This document shows, one piece after another, positions 39,498-54,584 of a DNA stretch of 64,000 bases (positions are counted from its first letter, which is position 1; every line of letters starts with the position of its first letter). The stretch is taken from the NCBI GenBank assembly GCA_963924565.1, contig OZ004608.1:15376001-15440000 (forward strand), in the 5' to 3' direction. Source of the stretch: Ascidiella aspersa (Eukaryota). The notes under the pieces are model-generated. The model had not been told where the DNA came from. It saw only the letters and a program-made list of their open reading frames with translations, and made no database searches. The translations under genes and the position numbers were made by a program.

Positions 39498-39682
39498 CAG
39501 GCGCGGAATTAGGAATTTTGTTTGGGCTGGCATGACAACATATATATTTTGTTGAGATGATGACACAAAGTTACGTTATGACGTGACGTCGCATACTTCC
39601 GTAATACCGTTGACGTCACAAGGTTACGTCAAAATGCGAATTCACAAAGTTACATCGAAACGTGACGTCATAAAAAGTAACC
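39498..39682. repeat. Dispersed TGACGTCACAAAGTTACGT-type repeat family
   Basis: Same motifs occur at about 8318-8403 (inverted), 19060-19080 and 23127-23150; this copy begins CAGGCGCGGAATTAGG. Confidence 0.55.
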
Positions 39683-41035
39683 TTATGAACACCCATACCA
39701 GTTCGTTTAATTTAATTGGTTAAAGCTGGTACAAGTGTTACTTTCAATACAAGTGCTATAAGGATGTAATTGATTTGCGCAAAGCGAAAGACGCATTTAC
39801 CAAGCAAAATATTGCATAGGCCTAGCTGAATGTTTTCACCAGTGCCTTTAACTCGATTTAAAGATTTTAAAGGTGCTACTTATGATACAATGACCATGTA
39901 CGTTGTATATTTGTGCAAATAACAAACAAGTAGGCTACATTACCTGGATAATTTGGCAGCAATATGATTTTCGTATAAAGGTTTAAATTGCGCATTGAGG
40001 CTAAATCTTTTTTTAATGATCAAAACAACTATAGTATAAAATCGAACGGGATTCGACAAATTTGGCATTTGGTTAAAGTTGCAACAAATTTGATACCGGT
40101 AAGGCAACAAACTTTAAATTGCCAAGATGAATGGCAAATGGTCTAAAATTTTCAAAAGTAGGCTATTGCGAGCATATCGGTTATATGCCACTCCCATGAG
40201 TAGGATCAAGAGGGGAGCGAGGCCATGGCCACAAAACTGCATAAATTTGCTTATTTTGAAAACATAGTATTTCTTATCTCCCATTGATAAAATCGCTGTA
40301 GCCCAAAGACATCGCACGTCTCGATTTAAGCGAATTTTTTTAATAAAAGGAATATTTTAATTAAAACTTTTTACCACTTTAAATTGGATGTAGGCTACGA
40401 TAAAAAAATATTCTGGCTTTCTAAAATATTTTTCCAATCTTTGTACGTGACCAAACCTATCGCGAATCTTTGCAATTTGTTTGCTCTTTTCGCAAATCTA
40501 TTTGTCTTTGTAGCCTATGTGGCATTTGCATGAGTAAACTCTTTAACCTAAAACAGCAAAAATAACTTTTTGACGTAAATTGGCGCCTTCATGTCAGAAA
40601 ACATTTGATGGGTTCCACAAACAAAAATTCTGTATACGCCCTGCCTATCAGTGCATTCAGAATATCCACCCTATTTAGGCTATATAGTTTAAATAGGTAG
40701 CATACAGGCTACAGACTCGTGACCAGACTCGGGACTTGCCGAACTCGACCGATTTGTATTGCATTGAACTCAGGATTCGGGATTCGGGTCCGACTCGACT
40801 ATGTTGTTTCGGCCGCAGTTGAACCAGGGAATCTAACTCGTTTTTTTTTACCCAATTCCGCAGACCTGCTCACACGTCTGTCATATAACTCATCGGCAAA
40901 ATATTACACCTTGCTCCTGTGCCATTTCCACCTTTACGATTTGGAAGATAGAACATTTCTAAACTTGCTACCGCTTAAGCGCACGACTCCAGCCAAATAA
41001 CCGAATTTGTCGACTCCCGAATCCGTCGACTTCGC

Positions 41036-41797
41036 CACCCGATCCGTTAGAAATTAGTGCATTTCTAAACAAAAAGGTCTACGACAATTAGGGCATCCAA
41101 TGGCAGAAAAGTCTGACTTTTAGATCTTGAGGTCGTGGCAATGCACTAATTTGGACCTTTAGGTAAACTCCCGGCGTAGATAAATTGCAAATATTCGCTG
41201 AAATTTCACAAAAGATTAAAAAAAGTGTGAGATAGAATTAATAACACTTGACCCACCCTAACCCAAACGCTAACCCGAACCCAAATATTGTGCGTTAATG
41301 TAATAATTATTTAAACGCTGGTAAAAAAACAAACTCGATGGGCAATTATAAGATAGTTTTCTCGTCCATGGTATATAAGATTAATTGTTACGTCACAAAT
41401 TGAGGTATTGGGACCTAAAGCGTTTATGTAATTATTAATTCAACGCGCGTTATTTGGTTTAGGGTGCTGGTTAGAGTTTGGCTTTAGGTGGGTCAAGTAT
41501 CTCGTCCATGGTATATAAGATTAATTGTTACGTCGCAAATTGAGGTATTGGGACCTAAAGCGTTTATGTAATTATTAATTCAACGCGCGTTATTTGGTTT
41601 AGGGTGCTGGTTAGAGTTTAGCTTTAGGTGGGTCAAGTATTATTAAACGTAATCTTTTTAAGCACATTGTTAAGTCAAATTAGTGCATTTTGTCCAAGAC
41701 CTCAAAGCCTAAAGGTAGGACTTTTTGATCATTTGGGTGCACTAATTGTCGTAGTCCTTTTTGCTTAGAAATGCACTAATTTCTAACGGATCGGGTG
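41036..41797. mobile_element. Long-TIR non-autonomous DNA transposon nested in a GACTC-family element, upstream of RPS17
   Basis: Imperfect TIRs of about 115 bp starting CACCCGATCCGTTAGAAATTAGTGCATTTCTAA; TSD ACTTCGC; internal 140-bp tandem duplication 41361-41500/41501-41640. Confidence 0.9.
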
Positions 41798-42084
41798 ACT
41801 TCGCAGTTCTACCATAAAAAATTAGGTTTCTACCATAAAAAAAATTAGTTTAAAAGTAAAAAAGACCAAAAATGAGAAAATGAAAACAAAAAAATCAGTT
41901 GACAGACTAATTTACCCTAAGGAATTTGGTTAAATGTTGGAAATCTGCCTTTTTGGACGTAGCAAATGGTATCAACTCAACGTTTCGCGCCACCTTCTGT
42001 ATTTTTTTAATTGCGCAGCGCCACCTAGACGAAACTTTCCAATTGTACATTTGCGTTTTGGTCTTTTTCAGATAGCCGTTCACC

Positions 42085-44970
<2,886 letters not shown>

Positions 44971-45099
44971 GTAAGTCAGGATAAAAATATATCTATGGTT
45001 GCACTGTATATTATTATATTTTATTAGTTTTTAATTAATTCCTTACATTTCTACCTGCATTTATACTCACTTCTATAAATACTTTTTTTTTTATTACAG

Positions 45100-45148
45100 A
45101 AGTCAACAATCGGATTGTGTGATAATATTTTACAACCAGTTCAATAAA
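45100..45148 (+). other. RPS17: RPS17 3' UTR exon ending in a polyA signal
   Basis: Donor GTAAGT directly after the TAG (44971), strong T-tract/TTACAG acceptor ending at 45099, AATAAA at 45143-45148. Confidence 0.75.
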
Positions 45149-48100
45149 ATTGCTTGACTGAAATCTGACAGTACTTTGGTTGTCCAACAGAAGTCAAAGA
45201 GTAGCTTAATTTAAACTAGTTTTATGGCCCCGTGCCCCTGTTAATGACCCTCCTGTAATATGCTATTTGTGTATTGTAGTCTACAAGATATAATTTAGCT
45301 TTGTCTTGCGATGAAAAATCTCCATATCTACAATACGGAACCTGCGCAATTATCAGTTCTTTTTTAATAACAAGGTTTAACAGAACAAGTAGAATCTGTA
45401 AAACTAGAAATCACAAGCTTAAACGTAACAATGAGCAACATATTACAAAATAATGCCTAAAATAATTGCAGTGATAAGAATGTTCCAAAGCTTACGTAAG
45501 CTGTTTTTGTTAAAACGATAACCTATAAAATTTCCAATTGCACGTTATAAACAGCAGACTTGGCTTTCAAATCTTGAACATCTGATTTTGTACATCAATC
45601 ATCCCTATTAGGGGCTTACTATTTTCAAAAAAATAATGAAACCAAGGAAGTCTGCGTTCTCCTCATTTAGGCTTCTATGTTTCAAACTTCTAATTTTGCG
45701 AGAAAAAGGCTTAGCCTAACTTTTACTTAGTTTTGTTTTCTTTAAATGGCCTATTTTTAGTGAGCTACGAACAAAATCTGTTCTTAAACTAGTAGCTATC
45801 TTTGAAGATTTTACGCGTTCGAAATGCTTACAAGAGTCCAAAAATGTATGGTGCTAAACAACCCACTGTATAGATTTATCGTCCGACGATGCCGATGGTT
45901 TTGTTTGCATTAAAAATATTTAATCGTTCCAAAATTGAAATAAATTAGCTTTGCAAATCTGTACTCTGTTTCACATAACAACGCACAATTACTTCACTGC
46001 GATTTACGCCGGTGTTAGCTGTCCTAAAACAACCTTTTCTAAATGCATGTATAATATCTTAATTAGTTAAACTCAAATTGTTAACATCAAACTACTAAAA
46101 GGTTGAGAACTACCGAACTACATACCAAACTGACACAAGCTAGTCTATATAAATTCAAACAACCCACGCAATAACTACCGAAATATGGGCGAACCGGATA
46201 AATTTATCAGTTAGTATTCTGACGTAAAATTTAAGGAAGAATATAGCAATGAAAATTTTGTTTTTTTAATGCTCTTTCGTTATAAGGCCTACAGGTCCAA
46301 TGTTCCGACATCGTGAAGGTCACAAAGTCAGACTTGTTTATATGCTGAAAGTTTACAAAAAGTTGTTTTCACGACCGATGGGAATATGTTCATTTATTAC
46401 TCTTATAAATACCAAGAGATGTCAGTTTGATGTCCCTGAAATCATCCCGCCGACATCAATAAGCAAAACAAATGTGGATTTTTTTTCAGTTTAACAGTGC
46501 TTCTGAGCTTGTACACATCGGGTAGCATAGCAGATCAGCGACAATCACTGTAAATCAAAAATAAAATACGGCCTACAAAATAAGTTGCCTCTTTTTTGTG
46601 TCTTTTCGCCTGTTACTGATTATGCGCACAATTATTCAAAAATAGTGATAAATTCTTTAAAAGCAAGACTGAGTTTCCATTGTGCTTTTTGTCCTCTGTT
46701 CTTCATTGACGCATTTTAGAGCGATAAAATATGGTAACCCAGCTAACAATTTGACGTCGCAGCGACGTAGATTTTTGGTTTAAGTTTGGTCGATAAGACG
46801 TTGCAACCAACGTTATTTCTACGTAAAAGCGTCGACACTTTATGACCTAGATGCGACGTTGTGCAACTACGTTATTTTTACGTAGAAGTGTCTACTCCAG
46901 ATGACGTAGATTAGACGTTGCAAATTACGATGTTCAGCGACGTTATTTATACGTTTATCCTGAACGATATTTTCACGTAAAAGCGTCGACACCAAACGAT
47001 GTAGATGCGACGTTGTGCAACTACGTTATTTAGACGTTTATCATGAACGTTATTTTCACGTAAAAGCGTCGACACTTTACGACCTAGATGCGACGTTGTG
47101 CAACTACGTTATTTATACCTTTATCATGAACGTTGTTTTTACGTAGAAGTGTCTATTCCAGACGACGTAGATTAGACGTTGCAAATTACGATGTTCAGCG
47201 ACGTTATTTATAAGTTTATCACAGACGTTATTTTTACGTAAAAATGTGTGATCCGGACAAAGTTCATGCGACGTTGGAAACTACGTTGTAAAACTAGGTT
47301 ATTGAAAGCGTTTACATTGTTATGTTTGCGTAATAGTTTGGACTCCATGCCCTACAAATTACGTTTGCAATGAAGTTACAAATTACATTCGCAACTACGG
47401 TATAATGCGCAAAAAAGAAACATAATAACGATGTTTTTGAACTTTTAAAACACTTATACTTGTTGTGACATATCTGACTGTAATTATTTACACTTGCAAA
47501 TTCTTACTAAATCTTCTAAACAATTACCATCCAGGAAAATATAGAAATAATATAGTATTGAAGTAAAACAAACACGGCAGTATAAAAATGTTGACAATAA
47601 AGAACTGTAAAAAAGACAAGAAAACTGAGAAAATTGGTCTGTGGACCTGCAAAACACACAAATTTTATAGTGTTACTTAAATTGCTCTATTACACTAACA
47701 CAGTCTAAAAGACAAAATTGAAAAAGTTTTGCATTTCACAGACTATGTGTAAAACAATGCACATTAAAACAGGAAAGTAACGTTAACAACAACAACGTAT
47801 TGAAAAACTAAGAACAATACAAATCCAGCGGTGTAAAACGAAAATCCAGCAGTTTAATCCGAATCTGAATGCATGTGTGATACATCGAGAGAGCTGTGGG
47901 CAAATAATATAAAAATTAGGGAATAGGGAATGTGCCATTTACTAATTTAGCCAAGCACAGAAATTTTATATCACTGTTAATGTATTTTCTTGTGCAACCT
48001 GAATTTGTTTGGTAAAATTTAGTATCAAGAATTTTTATCTCAGTTTTTTGCCAATAATAACATTTAATAATGAATATTAGTATTTTTTACATTTTTTAAA

Positions 48101-48721
48101 CTTTGTTTTTATATTAAAAAAATATAGACCATTCTTAGTACTAGTCTATGGCATAATTTTTTCCCAATAATTCTGTCATATTATGTTTATTTTGCCTTTA
48201 CTTATTGTGTGATAGCGTTTTGTGCTGTGTAGCTTCTGGTCCACAGAATGCAGACTGGTCAGAAATATATAAAATTAAAATTCTGGTGACATTGTATAAC
48301 TATCACTGGTAGGTTTTGAAAAAAATTGCTGCCCAAATAAAGAAATTTAAACGCAGCCAGGATACATTTTAAAGTCTTTGTTGTTAGCATCTAGGGCAAT
48401 TGCAATCATAAAACAAAACAGTAAGAGTCAAATAAATATAATAATTAACAAAAATCTTGAAAATATTAATCACTAATTTACCTGTAAATATTGATGAGCA
48501 GCCAAGTTCATGAGGAATATCTTTAACGTGTACCCTTCTTCAAATCCCACCTTGAACTTTTAATCAAGCCTTTAGTCGAGATCTTCAGTAATGAATTTTC
48601 AAGTGTTCATTTGGGGTTTTATGCACACCCAAGGTATTTACGCTGGCATGATACAAATATAAAGATTTGCATTAAAATTGTCTAAAAAGTTTGGGTGTTC
48701 ACTCGCCGTAGAATGCAATTG

Positions 48722-48918
48722 GGCGCTGGTTTAGAATCCTACCACAATGATTAAATCAACGCACAATATTTGGGTTAGGGTGCGAGTTAGCGTTTGGGTG
48801 AGGGTGGGCCAAGTATTATTATATCTATTATTTAATACTTCACCCACCCTAATCCAAAATGCTAACCCGCACCCTAACCCAAATATTGTGCACTGTGGTA
48901 GGATTCTAGACCAGTGCC
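48722..48918. mobile_element. Foldback MITE, copy 4, nested in the 5-kb EnSpm-like element
   Basis: Same TIRs, 8-bp TSD TGCAATTG. Confidence 0.9.
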
Positions 48919-49599
48919 TGCAATTGCCCACAGAGGTAATAGAGCTTGTTTTTCTATGTTAGATGAAAATTAGTGGAGGCTTTAAAGTCATTTATTCAGT
49001 AAATCATTTTTTTTCCTACTTAAAATAAAAGTTATAAATAAAACTACAAATACAGCTTAGACTATTTAACCTGAAAATATATTTGATAACAAAGCCTTAT
49101 CTTTTTATGTAACCCTAATCTTCATGGTTTAAGGAAAACAACCTAAATATCTAACAAGCACTCTAGCGCTGAGCTGCCAAAACTTATTTTGAATTCCAAT
49201 GTCCTGACAGCAAATGTTCAAACTGGACTGTGATGTCATCCGCATATTGGCCAATCACGAGTTTACGCGCCGTTCGAAAACCGCGAAAAAAAAGCAGCAG
49301 GGAGCGACATTCTTGTCTATCCAGGAAACTGCGTCTATAGCGGTCGCTGCGCTAAGTACTTTTTTATGCGATTTGTTTCATGTAAAGACAATGTTACCCT
49401 TACTAAAATGCTATCTTAAATTAAGTCACATCTCTATTTTATGTAAGCATAACTAAGTATACTTCTTTACATTTTCTAAAATAGTTAATCAAAACACATT
49501 ACAGAAAAAAACAAATATTTTGTAAATAGGCTACATAATCCCGACGCATTCCTTAAAAGAAAGCATTTCTATTTAACGAAAATTAAAACTTGGAAAGTT

Positions 49600-51760
49600 A
49601 GTTTTGACGTCGGTAAACAACGTTTTTTATACGACACGTATGACATTTTGATTCGATTGTACTTCAGCTCAGTCGAAAAAACTGTGTATGATACGCAAAT
49701 TCGTCTAAAATCAGTTACCTTCAACGTAAGTAGGCTAATTGATGTTGTTTCTACCTCACGTTTAACGTTTTAATAGGGTTCCTTTGACGTTTGTATCAAC
49801 GCTAAACAATATTAATGAAATGTTTTAATTTATGTATAAAATAGTCTAAAACAAGTTGACCTCGATGTCAGGTATATACCTTGTTGTATACGTCACGTTT
49901 AACGTTTTAATCCGGTTGCATTGTGGTTTGCCGTAACCTTCGAAATGACTACGATCATTTAAGATGTTGCAAATTTGGTCGCGTTTTAGTTTTTCGTAAT
50001 GTCAAGAAATAAAGTTATTGGAACTTTTGAAAATAGCATTTAAAATGGTTTCAAATAAGTTATCTTCAGCGACAGTTATCATTGCTTTTTGCATATACGC
50101 CACGTATGATGTTTTGAATTGGTTATATTGAAGATTGTAATAACGTTGAAAAATAACGTTATATTAACGTTATAAATGACGTATAAAATAGTCTAATTCT
50201 AAACACAACTAAGCTTCGATGTCAGTATTTACCGTAGTTTTTACGTCACGTGAAGTTCTAATTAGATGGCTTTGTTGTTAGTTACAAACCAAAAAATAAC
50301 GTTATTAAAAAGCTTAAAATCACGTCCAAAATGCTGTCAAAGAAGTAAGCTTTGACCTTAGAATTCAACATCATTTATACCTCACGCGTGACGTTGTCAG
50401 TTAGTTGGATCTTAGTTTGACGCAACGTCAAGAAATAACGTTATTAAAACGTTTAAAATTACATCCAAAACGGTCTTAAATAAGTTAGCTTTGACGTCAG
50501 AAATCACCGTTGATTGTACGTCACGTATGATTTCCTAAATTGGGTCCATTGTGGTTTCTCACGACAACGTATGACATGAAATCAAGTTTACTTTGACGTG
50601 AGTAATTAACGTTGCATGTACGTCACCTATGACGTTCTAAATTGGTTACATTAAGGTTTGTAATAAGGTTGAGAAATTACGTTATTAAAACGTTAGAAAT
50701 GATGTACAAAATAGTCATAAAAAAATTATCCTTGTTACAAAAGGTAACGTTGTTGTTACGTCACGTTTCACGTTTTAATTATATAACATTGTAGTTAGTC
50801 AAAACGGTAAAATGACGTTATTATAACGCTTAAAATGGCGTCCTGGTCTCCAAGAAATTAGCTTTGATGTCAAAATTTAATGTTGATTGTACGTCACGTA
50901 TCACGTTGTAAATTAGTAACATCAATGGTGGTCACAAAGTTTAAAAATAATGTTAGCAAAACGTTCGCTCTGACGTACAAAATAGCCTAAAACAAGTTAT
51001 TAGCCTCGAAGTAATTAATTAACCTTGTTCGTACGTCACCTTTGACGTTATAATCAGGTTACTTTGTGGTGCGCCACAATTTTTTAAAAGAATACCATTG
51101 AATTGAAAAAACGTTTAAACGACGTCAAAAGTGGCTGAAAAGACGTTAGTTTTGACGTCAGTAAACAACGTTTTTTGTACGTGATTTATGACGTTTTAAA
51201 ATAAGTTGCATTTGGTTTGTTTCAACGTTACGAAAGAACGTTAAACAAACGTTTGAAGTTAAGTTAATTGTGACGTCAGAAATGAACGTGAATTCTACGT
51301 CACGTATGACGTTCTAAGCTGGTTGCGTTATAGTTTTACGGAACGTTAAATATATAGCGTCAATTAAACGTGTAAAAGACGTCTGAACCGGTTTAAAAAT
51401 GTTAGATTTTACGTCAGTAATCAACGTTATTTGCATGTCACCTATGACGTTGTAAATTTGTTTCATTGTGGTTCGTCGCAACGTTAAAAAATAACGTTCC
51501 ACAAACGTTCGAAGTGACGTCCAAAATGATGTAAAACATGTTAAGATCGACGTCTGTAATCAACGTTGTTTGTACGTTACAAATGACGTTGAAATTTGGT
51601 CGCATTGCGGTTTTTCTTAACGTTAATTTTGACGTTAATGCTACGTTTTACATTACGTTTTGATAACACGGCCTCGACGTATTTTCTTAACGTTCGTTTG
51701 GACACATTCCCACAACGTTTACTTAGTTTAAAAAAAAAATCCGAACGTCGAAAATACGTT
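49600..51760. repeat. Degenerate tandem array, unit about 120 bp, ACGT-rich
   Basis: Recurrent GACGTCAG..AACGTT..TACGTCACGTATGACGTT..AATAACGTTATTAAAACGTT blocks at about 120-bp spacing. Confidence 0.85.
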
Positions 51761-54584
51761 GTGTGTTAGCTGGGAATGTATAGGCCTAATTTGTAGGCCT
51801 GTAACTTAAAAAGTTTCAGTTAAGCGAAAAAATTAATACTGACACGCAACAAAAATATTTTACTTGTTGTAGATAATTTTTACTTTATCAGAAAAAATAT
51901 GGGCACTCTTAATAATGATTTAGGTTTCCCAGTAATATCCAATATAACATGTGTTATTTCACGTTTCTAAACAGCACACTTTTTTTTCTGCTCGTTGATT
52001 GTTTTCTTCGTCAGGTGGCGCATGGCAGTCGCAATACCAACCATATGATAAATGTAAAAGTTGTAAGGGCACCTAATTTTATTATAACATTCATAATATT
52101 TTTTTCACAATGGCGAGAAAGTAATCAGTTGTTGTAAAACTCAAAACTGTCACGATTTTAACAAATACTTAACCCCATTGCAGAACACTGGATAAATGTC
52201 ATTCAAATGTTGTGCCAAAAATCTATATTAAACGTTTTAGAACGTAATTATTTGTGCCCGATGAGCAACTGCGATGCTGTAGGTTTTTACGTATTAATTT
52301 ATCAATACATTTTCATTTAGTATTATCAAATATTTTGTTGATTACGAAAGTAAATGCAACAGTCTTAATCTTTGAAGCAATTATAATTCACAATTTAAAC
52401 GGAGGCGAACAAAAAAAAACAGGATGCCATGAGATTTAATTAAAAAGATAATTAACATATTAGAGAACTAATGTAAATATTTTTACCCAGTTCAAGATTA
52501 AAACAATGTCTCTTTGCTGCTAAAACAATGTTCTATTTCTTGTACGTCACACACCGGGGGTGTATGTTTGCTTCTTTTCGAACTCGGCGCCCAAGTAAAT
52601 ACCGCAAGGCCGCTAGAAACCCATACTTAAGTGCAAAGCGCCACTAGCAAATATAACTATAAAGGACAATCATTATACTGTACACAATACACGCGGAAGC
52701 TGTGGCTTGGTTGCAAACAAAAGCCTACCGGTTCCTTATCGGAGAACTCTTGATAATCCCTTGATGTTCAGAACTTAGATATGGTGTTTTAAGCTTCTTT
52801 GCCTTGTGACTTTGGTTCCCAAGATTGTCGATTGACAAACAAATATCGTCGTCCGCCTCCGAAGCCTCCTACAATAGGATCTACCTCTTTGCCTTTGCAG
52901 TATACTATTGAGTTATTTCTTGTACACCGATGATGAAGTAGCCAACTTTTTTTGCACAACCTTGTCATTGAATCGTATTCCAATTAGATATTTTTTTCAG
53001 TAGGACGAACAAAATAACCTAAATTATTGAGGTCCACAATCAACACTTCAAAAGATACGAACCGCGTCCCACCAATTGAGTAGCCCTAAGATAGGCCGTT
53101 TCATATTGATAAACTTTGACAAACAGTTATAATCCTGGCAGCCCCAAAACTGCATTGGGGTAAAATATGACAATAGGAAAACTGCATGTGGTTACACAGT
53201 TCGAAGAGTTTTTAAGGAATGTTTTGCTAGGCTAAGTTTGTTCAATTGATGTTTTTAACTTTAATTGATGTTTTTTTTTTTTTAGTTTTAACTTATTAAG
53301 GGAAATGTAGTTGACCTATACATATAAAATAAATTTGTCATCATAAAAACGCTAGCTGTGTTTATTCACCCTTAGAGGTAGGCTACTTGATTTTATTTAT
53401 AAAAAACCCACACTTTTGTCAAATTAATTCAGTGATTTAATATCTGTGTATACCACAGTATGCTATGCTATGACGTAAAGTAATGTTTTTTCGTCGCTCT
53501 TCAGACAGCCGCAGACGATAAAAAATCTTTGTTGTTGGCTTTCCCTGAGTGTTTCTCAAAAAGGCGAATTAATAACTTGTCTAGAAGCGAGAGACCCCTC
53601 GAAGGCGACTCAAGACATCTGCGGCAAATCTTCGCAGCTGGATAAAGGAGTGACGTAGAAAGGATCTGCTGCGTCACCTGTCTGCCCATATTGGAAATAA
53701 ATTATTATCTCATGCTTTTGATTTTAACCTGTATATATTATATACCGTTTTCAGTTACGACAAACACAATGTACGACCGCTGTCAGGGCCTTTTATAGCA
53801 AGTTAAATAAGGACTTTAAGCAAATGAAAAACATTTTTTGTTCTGCGCGATATATAAAGTTTAAATTAGACAAATTTAAGCAGGGGAAACAAACCTTTTT
53901 TCGCACTAAATAAGCTCGCAAACACAAATATCACTAGTTGGCGAAAAAGGGCCTTGTGATTCGGTATGAGCAAAGGAAAGGCAATACTCGAAATTCCAAC
54001 TCTAAAAGTTGTTTTATTTGACAATAGAACGACTCAAGACAGTCTGGACGCTGTGGTGACGCGACGGAGCAATTATTGGGAACACTACTGTGGATAAGTA
54101 TATCGTGGATTTGTTGAGAAAATGCGCAAGTTTGACTCAGTTGTGAGTTGTGTACGAGTATAAGACGACCACTACGACGATCAAAAGGTGGCGTTTTACA
54201 TAGAGTGTTCTCTCGCTTCTCGCATAAGCTTTGCTTTGTTTGCTCGACGTCTTAGCCGTTTGCATCGTTACACGGGATAGCCGCCAAACAAAGTCAACAA
54301 GAGCAACACCGCGGTGCTTCCACGGGCTTAAATCGCGCACAACAGCAGAGCGACAGGAGGAACGCGGCGTGTTACAAGCTACAATCGTTTTTGTCGTGAA
54401 ATCATCAGCCTTCGCGCGTCGGCCGTATAAGACTTGAGTGCAGAAAGGAGGGGAAGAAGAGAGTGCGAATTCCCACCAAAAATCGACTTGAAAGGGCTGA
54501 TCGCTGGTTTTGTTCGGAAGAGCCTTATAGATGCGGCATGGACCGCGACCTGTATGGATGAATTGGCCAGTTGCTGCTTGAACG

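Larger units (their letters stand above)
46738..51774. mobile_element. 5-kb non-autonomous CMC/EnSpm-like DNA transposon with ACGT-rich subterminal arrays
   Basis: TIR CCCAGCTAACA / TGTTAGCTGGG, flanked by AA on both sides (candidate 2-bp TSD); repeat arrays at about 46750-47290 and 49600-51760; no long ORF inside. Confidence 0.75.

Noticed and set aside
46750-51760. Regularly spaced repeats resembling a CRISPR array
   Set aside because: Units are degenerate along their whole length with no constant repeat/unique spacer pattern; the context is eukaryotic with no cas genes, and the arrays are bounded by TIRs.
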